A DNA stretch of 64,000 nt from Fibrobacteria bacterium (GCA_043732185.1 JAYTHY010000112.1:32001-96000); one strand, 5' to 3'; shown: positions 10,499-20,844, counted from the first letter of the stretch. Made by a program: numbers and translations. Notes: generated by a model from the sequence alone, not told the origin.

Positions 10499-13400
10499 AT
10501 GACAATTCAAAAATTGGAGTGGCCACTTTTTTGGGCTGGATTGGGCTATGGTGCTCTCTGTCTTATCAGCGTCAATTTCACGGCGCGCCCCGGAAATTTT
10601 GCAATCTTTTGGCCAGCTAACGGATTTTTTCTGGGTTGGATGTTGTGTCAGCCCGCACCCTCCAAAATAAGGTGGGTAATCGTTCCTGCGATCTTTTCCT
10701 TTGGGTCCAACCTAATGCTTGGCACGCCGCTTATAGCCTCGATTGGGTTCGCCATTGCAAACGGGCTGGAACTTGTAACTGCCTTGCTTCTAGTAGGCCG
10801 TCTCAAAAAATCCACAGATTTTATCAAGAGTTTGGAAGGAATTGTTGAATTTTACGGTGTAGTCTGTTTTGGTGCATCGATAGTCGGCGCGCTGATTGGA
10901 AGTACTACTCTTTTCTTTGTCTTCCATGGACGGTACTTGCCGTCCTTTTTTACATGGTTATTAGTGGATACCGCCGGAATGGTGATTACAACTCCCGCTG
11001 TAATTACATATTTCAAATCCGAATATGCATGGGAAAGGTCCATTCGAAATCGCATAGAATTTATGGGTTGTACAGCTCTGGGCGTACTGATTCTCGTGGT
11101 AGCTTTTATGGAAACGGAAACCGCGCTATTTTCGTTGCCTCGACCGTCACCCTATCTAATCATTCCCGTCCTCGTTTGGTCTGGCGTTCGATTCGGAATG
11201 CGTGGGGTAACCGTTCACTTACTGGGAGTATATGCCTTTGCGACATGGTGTGCAGTCAAAGGTTTTGGCCCGATTAATATCGGCGGGTCGATGAACATTC
11301 GAGGTCTGGTGTCTTTGCATTTGTTTCCACTCGCCGCTGCGGTCAGTTCATTCGCACCCGCGATTTTGCTGGAATCGCAACGAGCTATTGCTGCGCGCTT
11401 AAAGCACCGCGATTCCCGTTATGGGGGGTTATGGAATAGCAAATTAATTGGGATTTACATTACAGATCTTAAGGGAATTATCCGTGAAGCTAATGACACT
11501 TTTTTAGCCTTGATTGAAAAGTCTCGGGAGGAACTAGAATCCGGGAAAATTGAAATCCTTAAATTGGCCACACCAGAATATATTGCCTCTGCCGGTAAGA
11601 ACCAGGAAAAATTTTTGGCACAAAGACAAATTGGTCCTTTCGAGCGAGACTGGATTTTGGAAGATGGCCGCCGTATTGCCAGTCTCGTGTACGCGAGCCT
11701 AATGGACGAACCGGATAGAGCTTTAGGGATGGTAATCGACATGGAAGAACTGCATCTAACCAAGAGCGAGCTGCGAACAGTCGAATCTCGTTTTAGAACG
11801 ATGTTTGACTCCAATGTCCTTGCTGCGGCCATTGTCGATAAACATCGTATGGTCGTTGAAGCGAACAATGCCTTTCTATTGCTGACGGGATATTCGGTAG
11901 AAGATCTCAAGCATCGCATTCCCGTCGACCATTTGATTGTTCCTGGAAATGAAGCTGCTCATAAGACAGCTGATGCTGCGAGCCTCAAGTTTGGGAAGCT
12001 AGAGCCTCATGAAATTATTTGGCAGAGAAAAGATGGAAGTCAGGTCCCAATATTTCGCGGATTCTCCAGTTTGCCCGATGATGCCGGCTTTTTGGTAGTG
12101 GCCATGGATCTTTCTGCGCAAAAGCGAACCCAAGCTGAATTGGAGTCCGCGAATGAAGCCAAATCACAATTCTTGGCGCATATGAGTCATGAAATCCGAA
12201 CACCTTTGAACGGTGTCTTAGGTATGCTTTCCATTTTACAAGGTTCCGGCTTAAGCGATAGCCAGGAGGCGCATGTTCAAATTGGACAAGAGAGCGGTAA
12301 ATACCTGCTCGCTATTATTAACCAGGTGCTTGATTATTCAAAACTGGGAAGCGACCAATTTGAGCTGGCTCACGATGAATTCATTTTACGTTCCGTGGTT
12401 TCCGGGAGTCTTGCGCCTTTAGTTGAACAGGCAAAATCGAAACACATCGAAATACATTACGAAATTGGTTCGGATATTCCGGAATCTTTTGTGGGGGATC
12501 CCGTTCAACTTCAACAAGTTTTGATCAATTTATTAGGCAATGCGGTAAAATTCTCATCCTCGGGAAGAGTAACGCTGAAGCTCATTCTAGAAGAGATAAT
12601 TGAGGACATTTGTAGAATTCGATTCGAGGTGGAGGATCAAGGTCCCGGCATCGCCAGCAGTTTGTTTTCAGGATTATTTCTGCCGTTTAAGCAAGGGGAC
12701 GCTACACTTTCAAGAAGATCAGGTGGTACGGGTTTAGGCTTGGCAATAAGTAAGGAAATTGTCCAACGCATGGGCGGAAAAATTTGGTTGGAAAGTACCG
12801 TGGGTAAGGGAAGTTGTTTTTACTTCACTGCTGAATTATTGATGTCGCTTACCGAGCCATCACTATCAAATGAAGGAAATGGTTTTGAAGGTAGAATTAC
12901 AAGTGGGAGGGCGCCCCTGGGCTGGTGTAAAGCTCCTGCCGTTTTGGTCGTCGATGATCATCCAGTGAATTTAATTGTGGCGGCTTCGATGCTCAAAAGA
13001 CTGGGATGCATAGTGGATACGGTTTCTGAGGGCACATCGGCCCTTAGGTCGGTGGCAATGAAGGCGTACGATTTAGTCTTCATGGACTGCCAAATGCCGG
13101 ATATGGATGGTTTTGAAACAACCCGAAAAATTCGGGCAACGGAAACAGGGGAGGTGCGACTTCCAATTGTTGCTCTAACCGCCCATGCAGTGGACGGGGT
13201 TAGGGAAAAATGTATTTCGGAAGGTATGGATGACTATATCGCGAAACCATTTACAGATTTGGAAATCGAATTTGTTTTGCGACGCTGGAATGGGCATTTG
13301 CTGATTGCCGGAGAAAAAGTAACCGTGCCCGAATCGCTTCCAATGCCTCAGATTAATGCAAATATCTATCAACCCGTAATAAACTTGGATCCAGGTTCTA

Positions 13401-13762
13401 GTGTAATCGAGTGGAAGCGGTTGTCCAAGCTGGATGACGGAACGGACGCTGGTAGAGAGACTGTACTTGAACTTTTGCAGCTGTTTCTTGATTCGAGCCA
13501 ATCCATTTTTATTAAAATAAGAGAGCATTTCGAGAACGAATCCCAGGATGAGCTTAATAAAGCATTGCACAAGCTGAAGGGAAGTTGTGGAACCATGGGC
13601 GCCATTGCCTTGCACCAATCTATTCGTCGGTTGGAGGTGTTGCAGCTTAGAAATGCACGCAGTGAATTTGGGATTGAAATGGAAACATTGAATAAGCTTT
13701 TTCAACTTACCTTTGAAGAATTCAGGCGGAAGTATCCGACTGTTTCGACCCAGGTCTTTTAG
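10499..13762 (+). CDS. Hybrid sensor kinase: MASE1-like TM domain, 2 PAS, HisKA, HATPase, REC, Hpt
   Basis: FWPANG/YLIIPVLVWSGVRFG (MASE1), MSHEIRTPLNG, NLLGNAVKF, GGTGLGL, FMDCQMPDMDG, LHKLKGS (Hpt). Confidence 0.95.
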   Translation: MTIQKLEWPLFWAGLGYGALCLISVNFTARPGNFAIFWPANGFFLGWMLCQPAPSKIRWVIVPAIFSFGSNLMLGTPLIASIGFAIANGLELVTALLLVGRLKKSTDFIKSLEGIVEFYGVVCFGASIVGALIGSTTLFFVFHGRYLPSFFTWLLVDTAGMVITTPAVITYFKSEYAWERSIRNRIEFMGCTALGVLILVVAFMETETALFSLPRPSPYLIIPVLVWSGVRFGMRGVTVHLLGVYAFATWCAVKGFGPINIGGSMNIRGLVSLHLFPLAAAVSSFAPAILLESQRAIAARLKHRDSRYGGLWNSKLIGIYITDLKGIIREANDTFLALIEKSREELESGKIEILKLATPEYIASAGKNQEKFLAQRQIGPFERDWILEDGRRIASLVYASLMDEPDRALGMVIDMEELHLTKSELRTVESRFRTMFDSNVLAAAIVDKHRMVVEANNAFLLLTGYSVEDLKHRIPVDHLIVPGNEAAHKTADAASLKFGKLEPHEIIWQRKDGSQVPIFRGFSSLPDDAGFLVVAMDLSAQKRTQAELESANEAKSQFLAHMSHEIRTPLNGVLGMLSILQGSGLSDSQEAHVQIGQESGKYLLAIINQVLDYSKLGSDQFELAHDEFILRSVVSGSLAPLVEQAKSKHIEIHYEIGSDIPESFVGDPVQLQQVLINLLGNAVKFSSSGRVTLKLILEEIIEDICRIRFEVEDQGPGIASSLFSGLFLPFKQGDATLSRRSGGTGLGLAISKEIVQRMGGKIWLESTVGKGSCFYFTAELLMSLTEPSLSNEGNGFEGRITSGRAPLGWCKAPAVLVVDDHPVNLIVAASMLKRLGCIVDTVSEGTSALRSVAMKAYDLVFMDCQMPDMDGFETTRKIRATETGEVRLPIVALTAHAVDGVREKCISEGMDDYIAKPFTDLEIEFVLRRWNGHLLIAGEKVTVPESLPMPQINANIYQPVINLDPGSSVIEWKRLSKLDDGTDAGRETVLELLQLFLDSSQSIFIKIREHFENESQDELNKALHKLKGSCGTMGAIALHQSIRRLEVLQLRNARSEFGIEMETLNKLFQLTFEEFRRKYPTVSTQVF

Positions 13763-14135
13763 CTGCCATACTGAAGGGAATTAGTAACCGGAATTGATCC
13801 ATCTTGAATGGCTTTTCTAGATAGGCTTCATCTTTCCGCAGGCAATCCAGGAAAGAGAATTCAGCAGCTGGATAACCCGACATATAGATGACCCGTATTT
13901 CAGGCTGCAGCGACCTGATGTTTTTAGCCACCTCCGGTCCATTTCCCTTGCGCAATCGCATATCTGTTAAGAGCAGCGGTATTTTTCCCGCAAATACTTT
14001 TACCTGGTTTAAAGCGGATTCTTCGTCTTTCGCAGGTAATGGCAGATACCCTTCTTGCGCCAAGAGGAGGCAAATCACTTCTAATACCAATTCCTCATCC
14101 TCGATCACAAGTATTGGAATTCTTGAATTCCTCAT
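13722..14135 (-). CDS. Single-domain response regulator (REC), paralog of 9844-10308
   Basis: ILVIEDE, LLLTDM, YMSGY, YLEKPF; start moved to ATG 14135; 3' end overlaps the hybrid kinase by 41 nt. Confidence 0.85.
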   Translation of the reverse strand: MRNSRIPILVIEDEELVLEVICLLLAQEGYLPLPAKDEESALNQVKVFAGKIPLLLTDMRLRKGNGPEVAKNIRSLQPEIRVIYMSGYPAAEFSFLDCLRKDEAYLEKPFKMDQFRLLIPFSMAAKRPGSKQSDTSA

Positions 14136-14200
14136 ACTTTCATTCCCATGATTTTTTGGAAGGCATCTTAGTGAACATAAAAACCAAACCAATCAAAACA

Positions 14201-14265
14201 ATCAGGAGCAAGCCCTATTTAATTGCTTAAAAAATACTAGTGTTCGCTATCGGGAAAGCGCCTAT
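14201..14265. promoter_or_regulatory. Pair of candidate operator boxes (second copy)
   Basis: ATCAGGAGCAAGCCCTATTTA (14201-14221) and ATCGGGAAAGCGCCTAT (14249-14265). Confidence 0.55.
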
Positions 14266-14284
14266 CCGGCTATCGGATGATGAG

Positions 14285-14980
14285 TCACGGAATGGATTTA
14301 CTTTTATCGGATTTCTGCGCAAACGTCGAAAAAGCCAATCGGCGTAATTCCATTCCTGAATCAATTACAAGTTTTCGGCGAATATGGGCTAGATGGGCTT
14401 CAATTGTTTTTGAGCTTAGGCAAAGTTTTTCGGCCATTTTTCGAGTTGGAAGCCCTTCACCGGCCAATCTAAAAATTTGAAGTTCGCGATCCGATAAGTC
14501 TTCGAGCTTGGCCTCTGTGTTTCGGGTTTTTCCGGATAGGCCCAAAAGAATTTTATCTTTCATTCGGTTACTCAATACCACTTCTCCGGACAATGCCGCG
14601 CGAATGGAATCCATCATTTTATCAGGATCCTCGTCTTTCATCACATACCCTTTTCCACCAGCGCGGATAACACGCTCCGCGTAGATGTCCTCAGTATGCA
14701 TGGAAAGTATGACGACGGGCAAATCTGGGTATTCCTCCTTCAATGCGGCGATTAGGTCCAAACCACTACCGTCTTCCAACTCAAGATCAGACAGTACCAA
14801 ATCGGGAGTTTCCTTACGAATAGCCTTTAGGGCATCTTGAACTCCGCTGGCTTCCCCCGTGACTTGCCAATCCAGGGACTGGGCAAGAGATGCTGACAAA
14901 CCCCGACGTACGACTGGATGATCATCTACAATCAAAATTTTCCGGGAGTTTCCCGAGCGCGCACTATTATTGGTTACCAT
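14285..14980 (-). CDS. NarL/FixJ family DNA-binding response regulator (REC + LuxR HTH)
   Basis: IVDDHPVVRRG, LSMH, GYVMK, LSDRELQIFRL...LSSKTIEAH; start moved to ATG 14980 to avoid overlap with the divergent gene. Confidence 0.93.
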   Translation of the reverse strand: MVTNNSARSGNSRKILIVDDHPVVRRGLSASLAQSLDWQVTGEASGVQDALKAIRKETPDLVLSDLELEDGSGLDLIAALKEEYPDLPVVILSMHTEDIYAERVIRAGGKGYVMKDEDPDKMMDSIRAALSGEVVLSNRMKDKILLGLSGKTRNTEAKLEDLSDRELQIFRLAGEGLPTRKMAEKLCLSSKTIEAHLAHIRRKLVIDSGMELRRLAFSTFAQKSDKSKSIP

Positions 14981-15070
14981 ATAAAATGCCTCGGTTCCGG
15001 GATTTAAAGTCACAATAATGATAGAATAAAGGCAATCTCCGATGCCACATACAAGAAAGGGCGTAATCGG

Positions 15071-15655
15071 TTGAAATGCCTGCTTGTCGAGGACGATCCA
15101 GTTAATTTGGCGCTTTTGAAGGGATTCCTGTTGCGTATGGGCCATGAAGTGAGTGCCGTTTCCACAGGTCACGAAGCTTGGATGACCTACGTTGCTGACC
15201 GTTTTCCTGTAGTGATTTGCGACTGGAGTTTACCAGGAATGTCAGGAATTGAAATCTGCCAACGTGTGCGCGCCCGAAAAAGTTCGGAATATACGTACTT
15301 CATCTTGATCACTGCCCTTGAAGGGGAAGATAAAATTCAGGAGGCCATGGACTCGGGTGTCGATGATTTTCTTTCAAAGCCAATTGATTTGAATACGCTT
15401 TCTGTTCGTGTCAGAGTAGCCGAACGAATCATGGAATTCCAAAGCCAAATCGGATTGCTTAAGGGATTGCTTCCTATTTGTATGTACTGTAAAAAAATTC
15501 GTGGCGATAAAGAATACTGGGAAACCGTGGAGGCTTATTTTACAGCGCACACCGGTGCGGATTTCACGCACTCTCTATGCCCGGATTGCTATACGACGCA
15601 TGTCCTTCCTGCATTGGTGAACAGCGAAACCGATCCGAGTTTAGGCACCGATTAA
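15071..15655 (+). CDS. Response regulator with C-terminal Cys/His-rich tail
   Basis: REC (VEDD, DWSLPGMSG, FLSKP) followed by LPICMYCKKIR...W...F.HSLCPDC. Confidence 0.9.
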   Translation: MKCLLVEDDPVNLALLKGFLLRMGHEVSAVSTGHEAWMTYVADRFPVVICDWSLPGMSGIEICQRVRARKSSEYTYFILITALEGEDKIQEAMDSGVDDFLSKPIDLNTLSVRVRVAERIMEFQSQIGLLKGLLPICMYCKKIRGDKEYWETVEAYFTAHTGADFTHSLCPDCYTTHVLPALVNSETDPSLGTD

Positions 15656-15710
15656 ACTGGCAACCCACAACTAGAACTGGAAATGGATTTAGATTTGTGG
15701 TTGAACGTAA

Positions 15711-17117
15711 TTAGTCGAGCAGCGCCTTGAACCAACGGTTTGCGGGCTGTATCTGAGGCTGGGCTAAAGAACGAATCTGGATGAGATAAATCCCATGGGG
15801 CAAACTGCCATAATTGAAAGTGGCAGGATTCAAGGATGTAGCGGAAATTTCCGTACGCTTTCCCGTGAGGGATTGTAGGACGATTTTTGTGGCTCTCTGG
15901 GCTTGGGAAAATGTCAAGGTATGGCTTTGGCTGTGCACCTGCATTTGCTCGGACATAAAAGGCGTTACTTGCGGTATGGTGCTCACGCCGGAGCAAGGCG
16001 CAGTGCCATTGGTTGTTTGTGTTTGTAGCCAAGCGGTTGTGTCGATTGAATTTTGATCTACCCAGGTGAGCACCGGCCCAGTGAGCCCACACAACCGATT
16101 GTAGCCGATTTCCAACCCATACAGTCCCGTCAAAGCAGTAATGGATGCGGGAAGCGCTGTAATTTGATTTTTCGACAATAGCAACCTTTTCAAATTTTTC
16201 AGCTTGCTGATATCTGTGGAAAGGCTAGTCAGCAAATTTTGTTTCAATTCTAAATGCGCAATCAAAGTGTCTTTCCAAAGCGTGGGAGGTAAAGCCGTGA
16301 TCAATGTGTTGTCCATGATTAATTTATTGAGTTTGGGAAGGCTGCCAATTTCAGCTGGTAGGACCGTAATTTTGTTTCCGGAAAAGTCTAATTCTTTAAA
16401 GGTTTTCACATTTCCAATAGTGGCGGGAATGGAGGTTAAGAGATTGTCGGCAATTTCCAAGGACCATAAATCTTGAAAGGCAAGTACTCCAGCGGGGAGA
16501 TGTGTCAGTCTATTTTTGCTCAGACGTAAGTAATTGATTCCAAGGATGCCGCCAATTTCCACAGGCAAGGAATCGATAAGGTTGTCGCTTAAGTCCAGCA
16601 CATGAAAATAAGGATGATCAAGATTTTGCATTTCCGCCGGTACGGTGGTCAAGCGATTACCGCTCAATGTCAACCCATTCAATTGCTTGATCTGTCCTAT
16701 TTCTGCAGGAACGGAGGCCAATGCGTTTCTGTCCAAAGTCATGATGTAAATGTTTTGCCAGAGACCGATTTCTTTTGGTAAGGAAGTCAATTTTTTATTG
16801 TCCGTGAACACCACATTTCTCAAATTGATTAGGAGGCCCATTTCCGTGGGCAACTGAGTCAACTGAGTATATCGAATGGTCAAGTCCCTGAGTTCAACGA
16901 GTCGGCCAATTCCGGTAATGACCTTGATATTGGAATCAATCAAGGATAGGGCATTGACCCGACCCGTTGGCGCATTGGTGATGTCCGCTAATTTTACAGT
17001 TAGACCATTGGCCGTGAATATGGCTGTGATAACTGATTCGTCACAAGCTCGACTCGTGCATGGTTGTCCACAGCAAATACCAATATTGACCAATAGGAGC
17101 AGTATAATTTTTTTCAT
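15711..17117 (-). CDS. Secreted leucine-rich repeat protein with C-terminal sorting-like domain
   Basis: Signal peptide, CxxRACD cap, about 13 repeats of ~23 aa (LxLxxNxLxxLPxEIG), tail with GIYLIQ. Confidence 0.9.
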   Translation of the reverse strand: MKKIILLLLVNIGICCGQPCTSRACDESVITAIFTANGLTVKLADITNAPTGRVNALSLIDSNIKVITGIGRLVELRDLTIRYTQLTQLPTEMGLLINLRNVVFTDNKKLTSLPKEIGLWQNIYIMTLDRNALASVPAEIGQIKQLNGLTLSGNRLTTVPAEMQNLDHPYFHVLDLSDNLIDSLPVEIGGILGINYLRLSKNRLTHLPAGVLAFQDLWSLEIADNLLTSIPATIGNVKTFKELDFSGNKITVLPAEIGSLPKLNKLIMDNTLITALPPTLWKDTLIAHLELKQNLLTSLSTDISKLKNLKRLLLSKNQITALPASITALTGLYGLEIGYNRLCGLTGPVLTWVDQNSIDTTAWLQTQTTNGTAPCSGVSTIPQVTPFMSEQMQVHSQSHTLTFSQAQRATKIVLQSLTGKRTEISATSLNPATFNYGSLPHGIYLIQIRSLAQPQIQPANRWFKALLD

Positions 17118-17172
17118 TTGTGACTAAAATACCTTATGGCCCTTTCAAAATCGTTTGAATTTTACCGGCGGT

Positions 17173-18945
17173 TTATTGTGTTAGTAGTATACCTCCCAAA
17201 GACGATGTTTTGCCAGCTCGGAAGCGATAAATGTATATGCCTGCCTGATTAATGGGCAAATCGTAAGTAAAAGCGTGCCGACCTTTTTCAAGATATTGAT
17301 TGCATATTTGATAGGCTTTTCCGGTGGTGGGCTGAATGATTTCCAAGTGCACGGCAGTTGCTTCAATAATCTCAAGCGTATAGGTGATGGAACGATCCGT
17401 TTTTCGCATTTCCAGGATCGTGCCGTGCGCCAATTCTTTCTGAAAAGAAGCTTGCGTGCGGATGCCAACGGGTATTTTCTTGAGCGCTGCGCCAGCGTTG
17501 AGCTGGCCATATCCATATTCCGGATGCACGCCATTGACATAGGTGACCCCGCCGATTTTGTCGCATGTGGAGTGCATGATATCCAAGACTTCAGCTCGAG
17601 TGTAATTTGGATTGACGGATAGAATTAGGGCTGCAACTCCTGCTGCCAAAGGTGTTGCAGCAGAGGTGCCGCCAAACTGCCAAGTATAATCGGTGGGATC
17701 CTCGCCTAGTGCTCCGGGAAGGTCCGTGGTCCAGCCTGGTCCCCCAGAAATTGGAGCTAAAAAGTCGACGGTTTTGGTTCCCGCTCTACCCCAATTGCTA
17801 TAGCTGGCCCTAAAGCCATCGTCTGTAGCTGAACCGACTGAAATGACTTCTGCCATGTCACCGGGATCATCCACTGCATCTGCATTGTCGTTTCCGGAAG
17901 ATTTAAAAAGTAAGTAACCTTTTCCATTTCGACCCGTATTAACGAGTTGAGTAATTGCGGCCCTCACGGTATTGGAGTTGAATACGCCTACAGAAATACT
18001 CCCGATATCGGAATGTTCACCAGCGTAAAACAGGGCATTGGCGATACTAGTACTAGAAGCAAACTTCCTTTTCGGCCAGTCCAAAACTTTTACGGCCAGG
18101 ATGGTAATATTGGGCGCCACGCCACTAATTCCAATGCCATTGTTGCCGGTAGCGCCAGCTAAACCCGCGCAATTGGTTCCATGTGTGCTGGAATCGGTTT
18201 CTGGGGTAACATTTGTGGTTGGTGGATTATCGACAAAGTTCTTACTCAAGGGCGACAGAGGAATGTCGGGATGTCCCTGTGATACCCCTTCATCGAATAT
18301 GGTAACCGTTACTGATTTTTTCCCCATGGAAATATCCCAGGCAGGTACCACGTTTAAATCGCCCGTAACCTTTCCACCATACTGGCCGGTATTTTGTAAA
18401 TACCATTGCTTGTTAAACAACGGATCATTGGGAAGAAAATCGGGCTGAACTTCTGCGATAAAATCCGGCTCCACCCATATCACATTTGGTAGACCATGAA
18501 TCCTATCGGAAATTTTTAGAGCATTGCTGTCGCATTCTAATACAAAGGTGTTATCCAAGTGCAGTTTTTCAACGAATCGAGTTCCGGATTTTTCCAGAAT
18601 AGGTGCGAGGTTCGCGCCTGGTTGCAAACATACGATGATACGGTTTTGCACTAAAACCCGTCCGCCATTTTTGGGTTCTAGAAATAATTGCTCGACACTT
18701 TGGGCGTTTGGGGAAGTCCCGCGCATTTGCGAATTATTTTGTTTGAACAAAGCAGAAGACTGGTGGATGCGTAACAGGCGAATCCTTTTCCCATTGCAAT
18801 AATATCCATCCCCCTCATCGACAATACTTGCTGAGGAATCGAATAATTTTGTGACTGCCGCATGGCTCAAATCTTGAGCGGAGAAGAAGGTGCTGAAAAG
18901 CGTTGCGATGAACAGGCAAAGTTGAATTCGTTTTAGGTTTACCAT
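17173..18945 (-). CDS. Secreted S8 (subtilisin-like) serine peptidase with C-terminal sorting-like domain
   Basis: Triad motifs IFDEG, THGTNCAG, GTSAATP; propeptide; tail GIYIYRF. Confidence 0.93.
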   Translation of the reverse strand: MVNLKRIQLCLFIATLFSTFFSAQDLSHAAVTKLFDSSASIVDEGDGYYCNGKRIRLLRIHQSSALFKQNNSQMRGTSPNAQSVEQLFLEPKNGGRVLVQNRIIVCLQPGANLAPILEKSGTRFVEKLHLDNTFVLECDSNALKISDRIHGLPNVIWVEPDFIAEVQPDFLPNDPLFNKQWYLQNTGQYGGKVTGDLNVVPAWDISMGKKSVTVTIFDEGVSQGHPDIPLSPLSKNFVDNPPTTNVTPETDSSTHGTNCAGLAGATGNNGIGISGVAPNITILAVKVLDWPKRKFASSTSIANALFYAGEHSDIGSISVGVFNSNTVRAAITQLVNTGRNGKGYLLFKSSGNDNADAVDDPGDMAEVISVGSATDDGFRASYSNWGRAGTKTVDFLAPISGGPGWTTDLPGALGEDPTDYTWQFGGTSAATPLAAGVAALILSVNPNYTRAEVLDIMHSTCDKIGGVTYVNGVHPEYGYGQLNAGAALKKIPVGIRTQASFQKELAHGTILEMRKTDRSITYTLEIIEATAVHLEIIQPTTGKAYQICNQYLEKGRHAFTYDLPINQAGIYIYRFRAGKTSSLGGILLTQ

Positions 18946-19092
18946 TCAGCTCCCCTAATTGCATCGGATAAAATCTTTTATCCAAATCTATTCCGATTAT
19001 CCCATTAGGCAGACCATATTTAATAGAAGATTTACCAATTCTGGTTTTTTGTTTTAATGAGAACCCTAAACAGGTCCAGAAAAACTATGGAC

Positions 19093-20844
19093 TCAAGGGG
19101 TGCTGGGAATAGAAATCTTCAGAAGTTTTGAATTTTGACGCTGGCTTTCAAAGGACAACCGAATCCAATTGGCATCCAGGATTCCGTGCGAGATGCGTAC
19201 TTCGTCCATCCAACCTTTAAAATAGGCGATGCTTTCTAAGCCATTTGGTTTGCCCAAATAGATATCGAATGTAGTGCTGTCCTCAGTTGGGCCTAAGTCG
19301 GAGTAATTCAGTCCGAGTAGAGTTCCATCAAGGTAAAATTTTCCGGGTTCGGCTACACTAGCCCAAGTGAAGGCAAGATTGTGCCATTCGTTCACACCCA
19401 CGACTTGGTCACTGACAGTATAGCCACCCGAATATGCCACAAAAGAAGGGATGAGGCCATTAACACAGCGGCCGGCTGTAATGGGCTGGTCTTTGCATTG
19501 GCCGCCAGTATTGGGTGGTAGGATATGTGTTCCATCACCAAAGTATAGGGACTTTTCCCTAGTGCTCCACAGTCCATCCGAGCTGTATTGGCCTAAGATA
19601 GTGCCACCCGGTCCAGCTACCCGAAACCAAAGTGAGATGGAAAAACTTTGCTTGGAAAGGCTCGTGACAAAATGAGGGATATGGATATAATCCGAGTCCC
19701 CGCTAAACTCCTGGCCGAGTCCAATAATTCCGTCTTTTCCACTCGCCTGAATGGAATCCATTCCATTATATCCGTGGCCGGTGGCATCGCGATAAAGGGA
19801 TGCTTGACCCACACCCGAACGGTCTTCGCGCATATGCCAAACCGCCTGAAAACCTTTGGCCGTATCAAAAACCGCTGGGCCAGCGGATTTTCCTGCGGCG
19901 AGTTTGTTGCCCCAATACATGGTTAGCCCTTGGGTTTCGCTGTTACCGTAAACCGTATCCATGGCAACCCAGATTTCCGCTTTGAGACTGTCTCTATTCC
20001 AGCGTTCGATTTCAAAGTTCAGTGGAGTACCATCCAATTTGGTGAAGCGTAGGTCCGACCCATCAACGGCTGCTTGGTTGAATGGAAAAGCTGGGCCTTC
20101 CAATCGCACTAGCATTGGAAAGGCTAACACATTATCCGGAATGTTCACTCCACGCGGTGTGGTATTTAAATTCAAATTCGCAGTATATTTCCAATTGGGA
20201 AATCCACGCGCCGTTTCCAATGTTGTTAAAGGGGTCGTTTCTCCTGGGACGACGGTAACTGTGGAAATGCTTGAAATATCGGAATCGCCCGCAACAAGAC
20301 TGGAATGCAAATTGTAGTCACCACGCGGAAGGTCTTTAATGGTGAAGCTATTGGAGCCCGGGTTCACCAGTACCAGTCTTTGCAGCCCCTCTACCTGAAC
20401 ATAAACGGGACCGGCAATTTCCCCTTTGGCATGAATAAGGCCGGTGACGGCACCCAACAGATCCAAGGTATCGAGGTGGATTTTGCTTGGTTTTTCCGTG
20501 ACGTCAAAGCGCCAAACTAAACCGACATGACCATTATTGGCTTCCAGAACATAGGAGCCAGTGGGCAAGGAATCCAATTTGAAATTGCCTTTTCCATCTG
20601 TTACTCCATCCCATGAAAAGGCCGCGGTCTTACCTAGATAAGGATTGGGAGCTGATTGCAAATAGCCTTTATTGCGCACGCGCACAGGCACATAGGCTGC
20701 CGAAGAACCATCCGTAAAGACTAAGGATGCAGACAAGGCATTTCCTGTTCCGGTTCCAGATCCACCATTCGACGGAGACTCAAAGCAGCCGAACACCAAC
20801 AGGGACAGGGCCGCGCTTAGCAGTGCTGTCCAACGCATCGTCAT
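19093..20844 (-). CDS. Lipoprotein with DUF2341 and LamG/ConA-like domains
   Basis: Lipobox LVFGC, DGSDLRFT...FEIERW...AEIWV...MYWG (DUF2341), W.NLAFTW..FYLDG..DEVRIS (LamG). Confidence 0.85.
   Translation of the reverse strand: MTMRWTALLSAALSLLVFGCFESPSNGGSGTGTGNALSASLVFTDGSSAAYVPVRVRNKGYLQSAPNPYLGKTAAFSWDGVTDGKGNFKLDSLPTGSYVLEANNGHVGLVWRFDVTEKPSKIHLDTLDLLGAVTGLIHAKGEIAGPVYVQVEGLQRLVLVNPGSNSFTIKDLPRGDYNLHSSLVAGDSDISSISTVTVVPGETTPLTTLETARGFPNWKYTANLNLNTTPRGVNIPDNVLAFPMLVRLEGPAFPFNQAAVDGSDLRFTKLDGTPLNFEIERWNRDSLKAEIWVAMDTVYGNSETQGLTMYWGNKLAAGKSAGPAVFDTAKGFQAVWHMREDRSGVGQASLYRDATGHGYNGMDSIQASGKDGIIGLGQEFSGDSDYIHIPHFVTSLSKQSFSISLWFRVAGPGGTILGQYSSDGLWSTREKSLYFGDGTHILPPNTGGQCKDQPITAGRCVNGLIPSFVAYSGGYTVSDQVVGVNEWHNLAFTWASVAEPGKFYLDGTLLGLNYSDLGPTEDSTTFDIYLGKPNGLESIAYFKGWMDEVRISHGILDANWIRLSFESQRQNSKLLKISIPSTP

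Noticed and set aside
14981..15172. Long N-terminal extension of the NarL-type regulator
   Set aside because: Overlaps the divergent gene at 15071 and shows no domain character; ATG 14980 is more plausible
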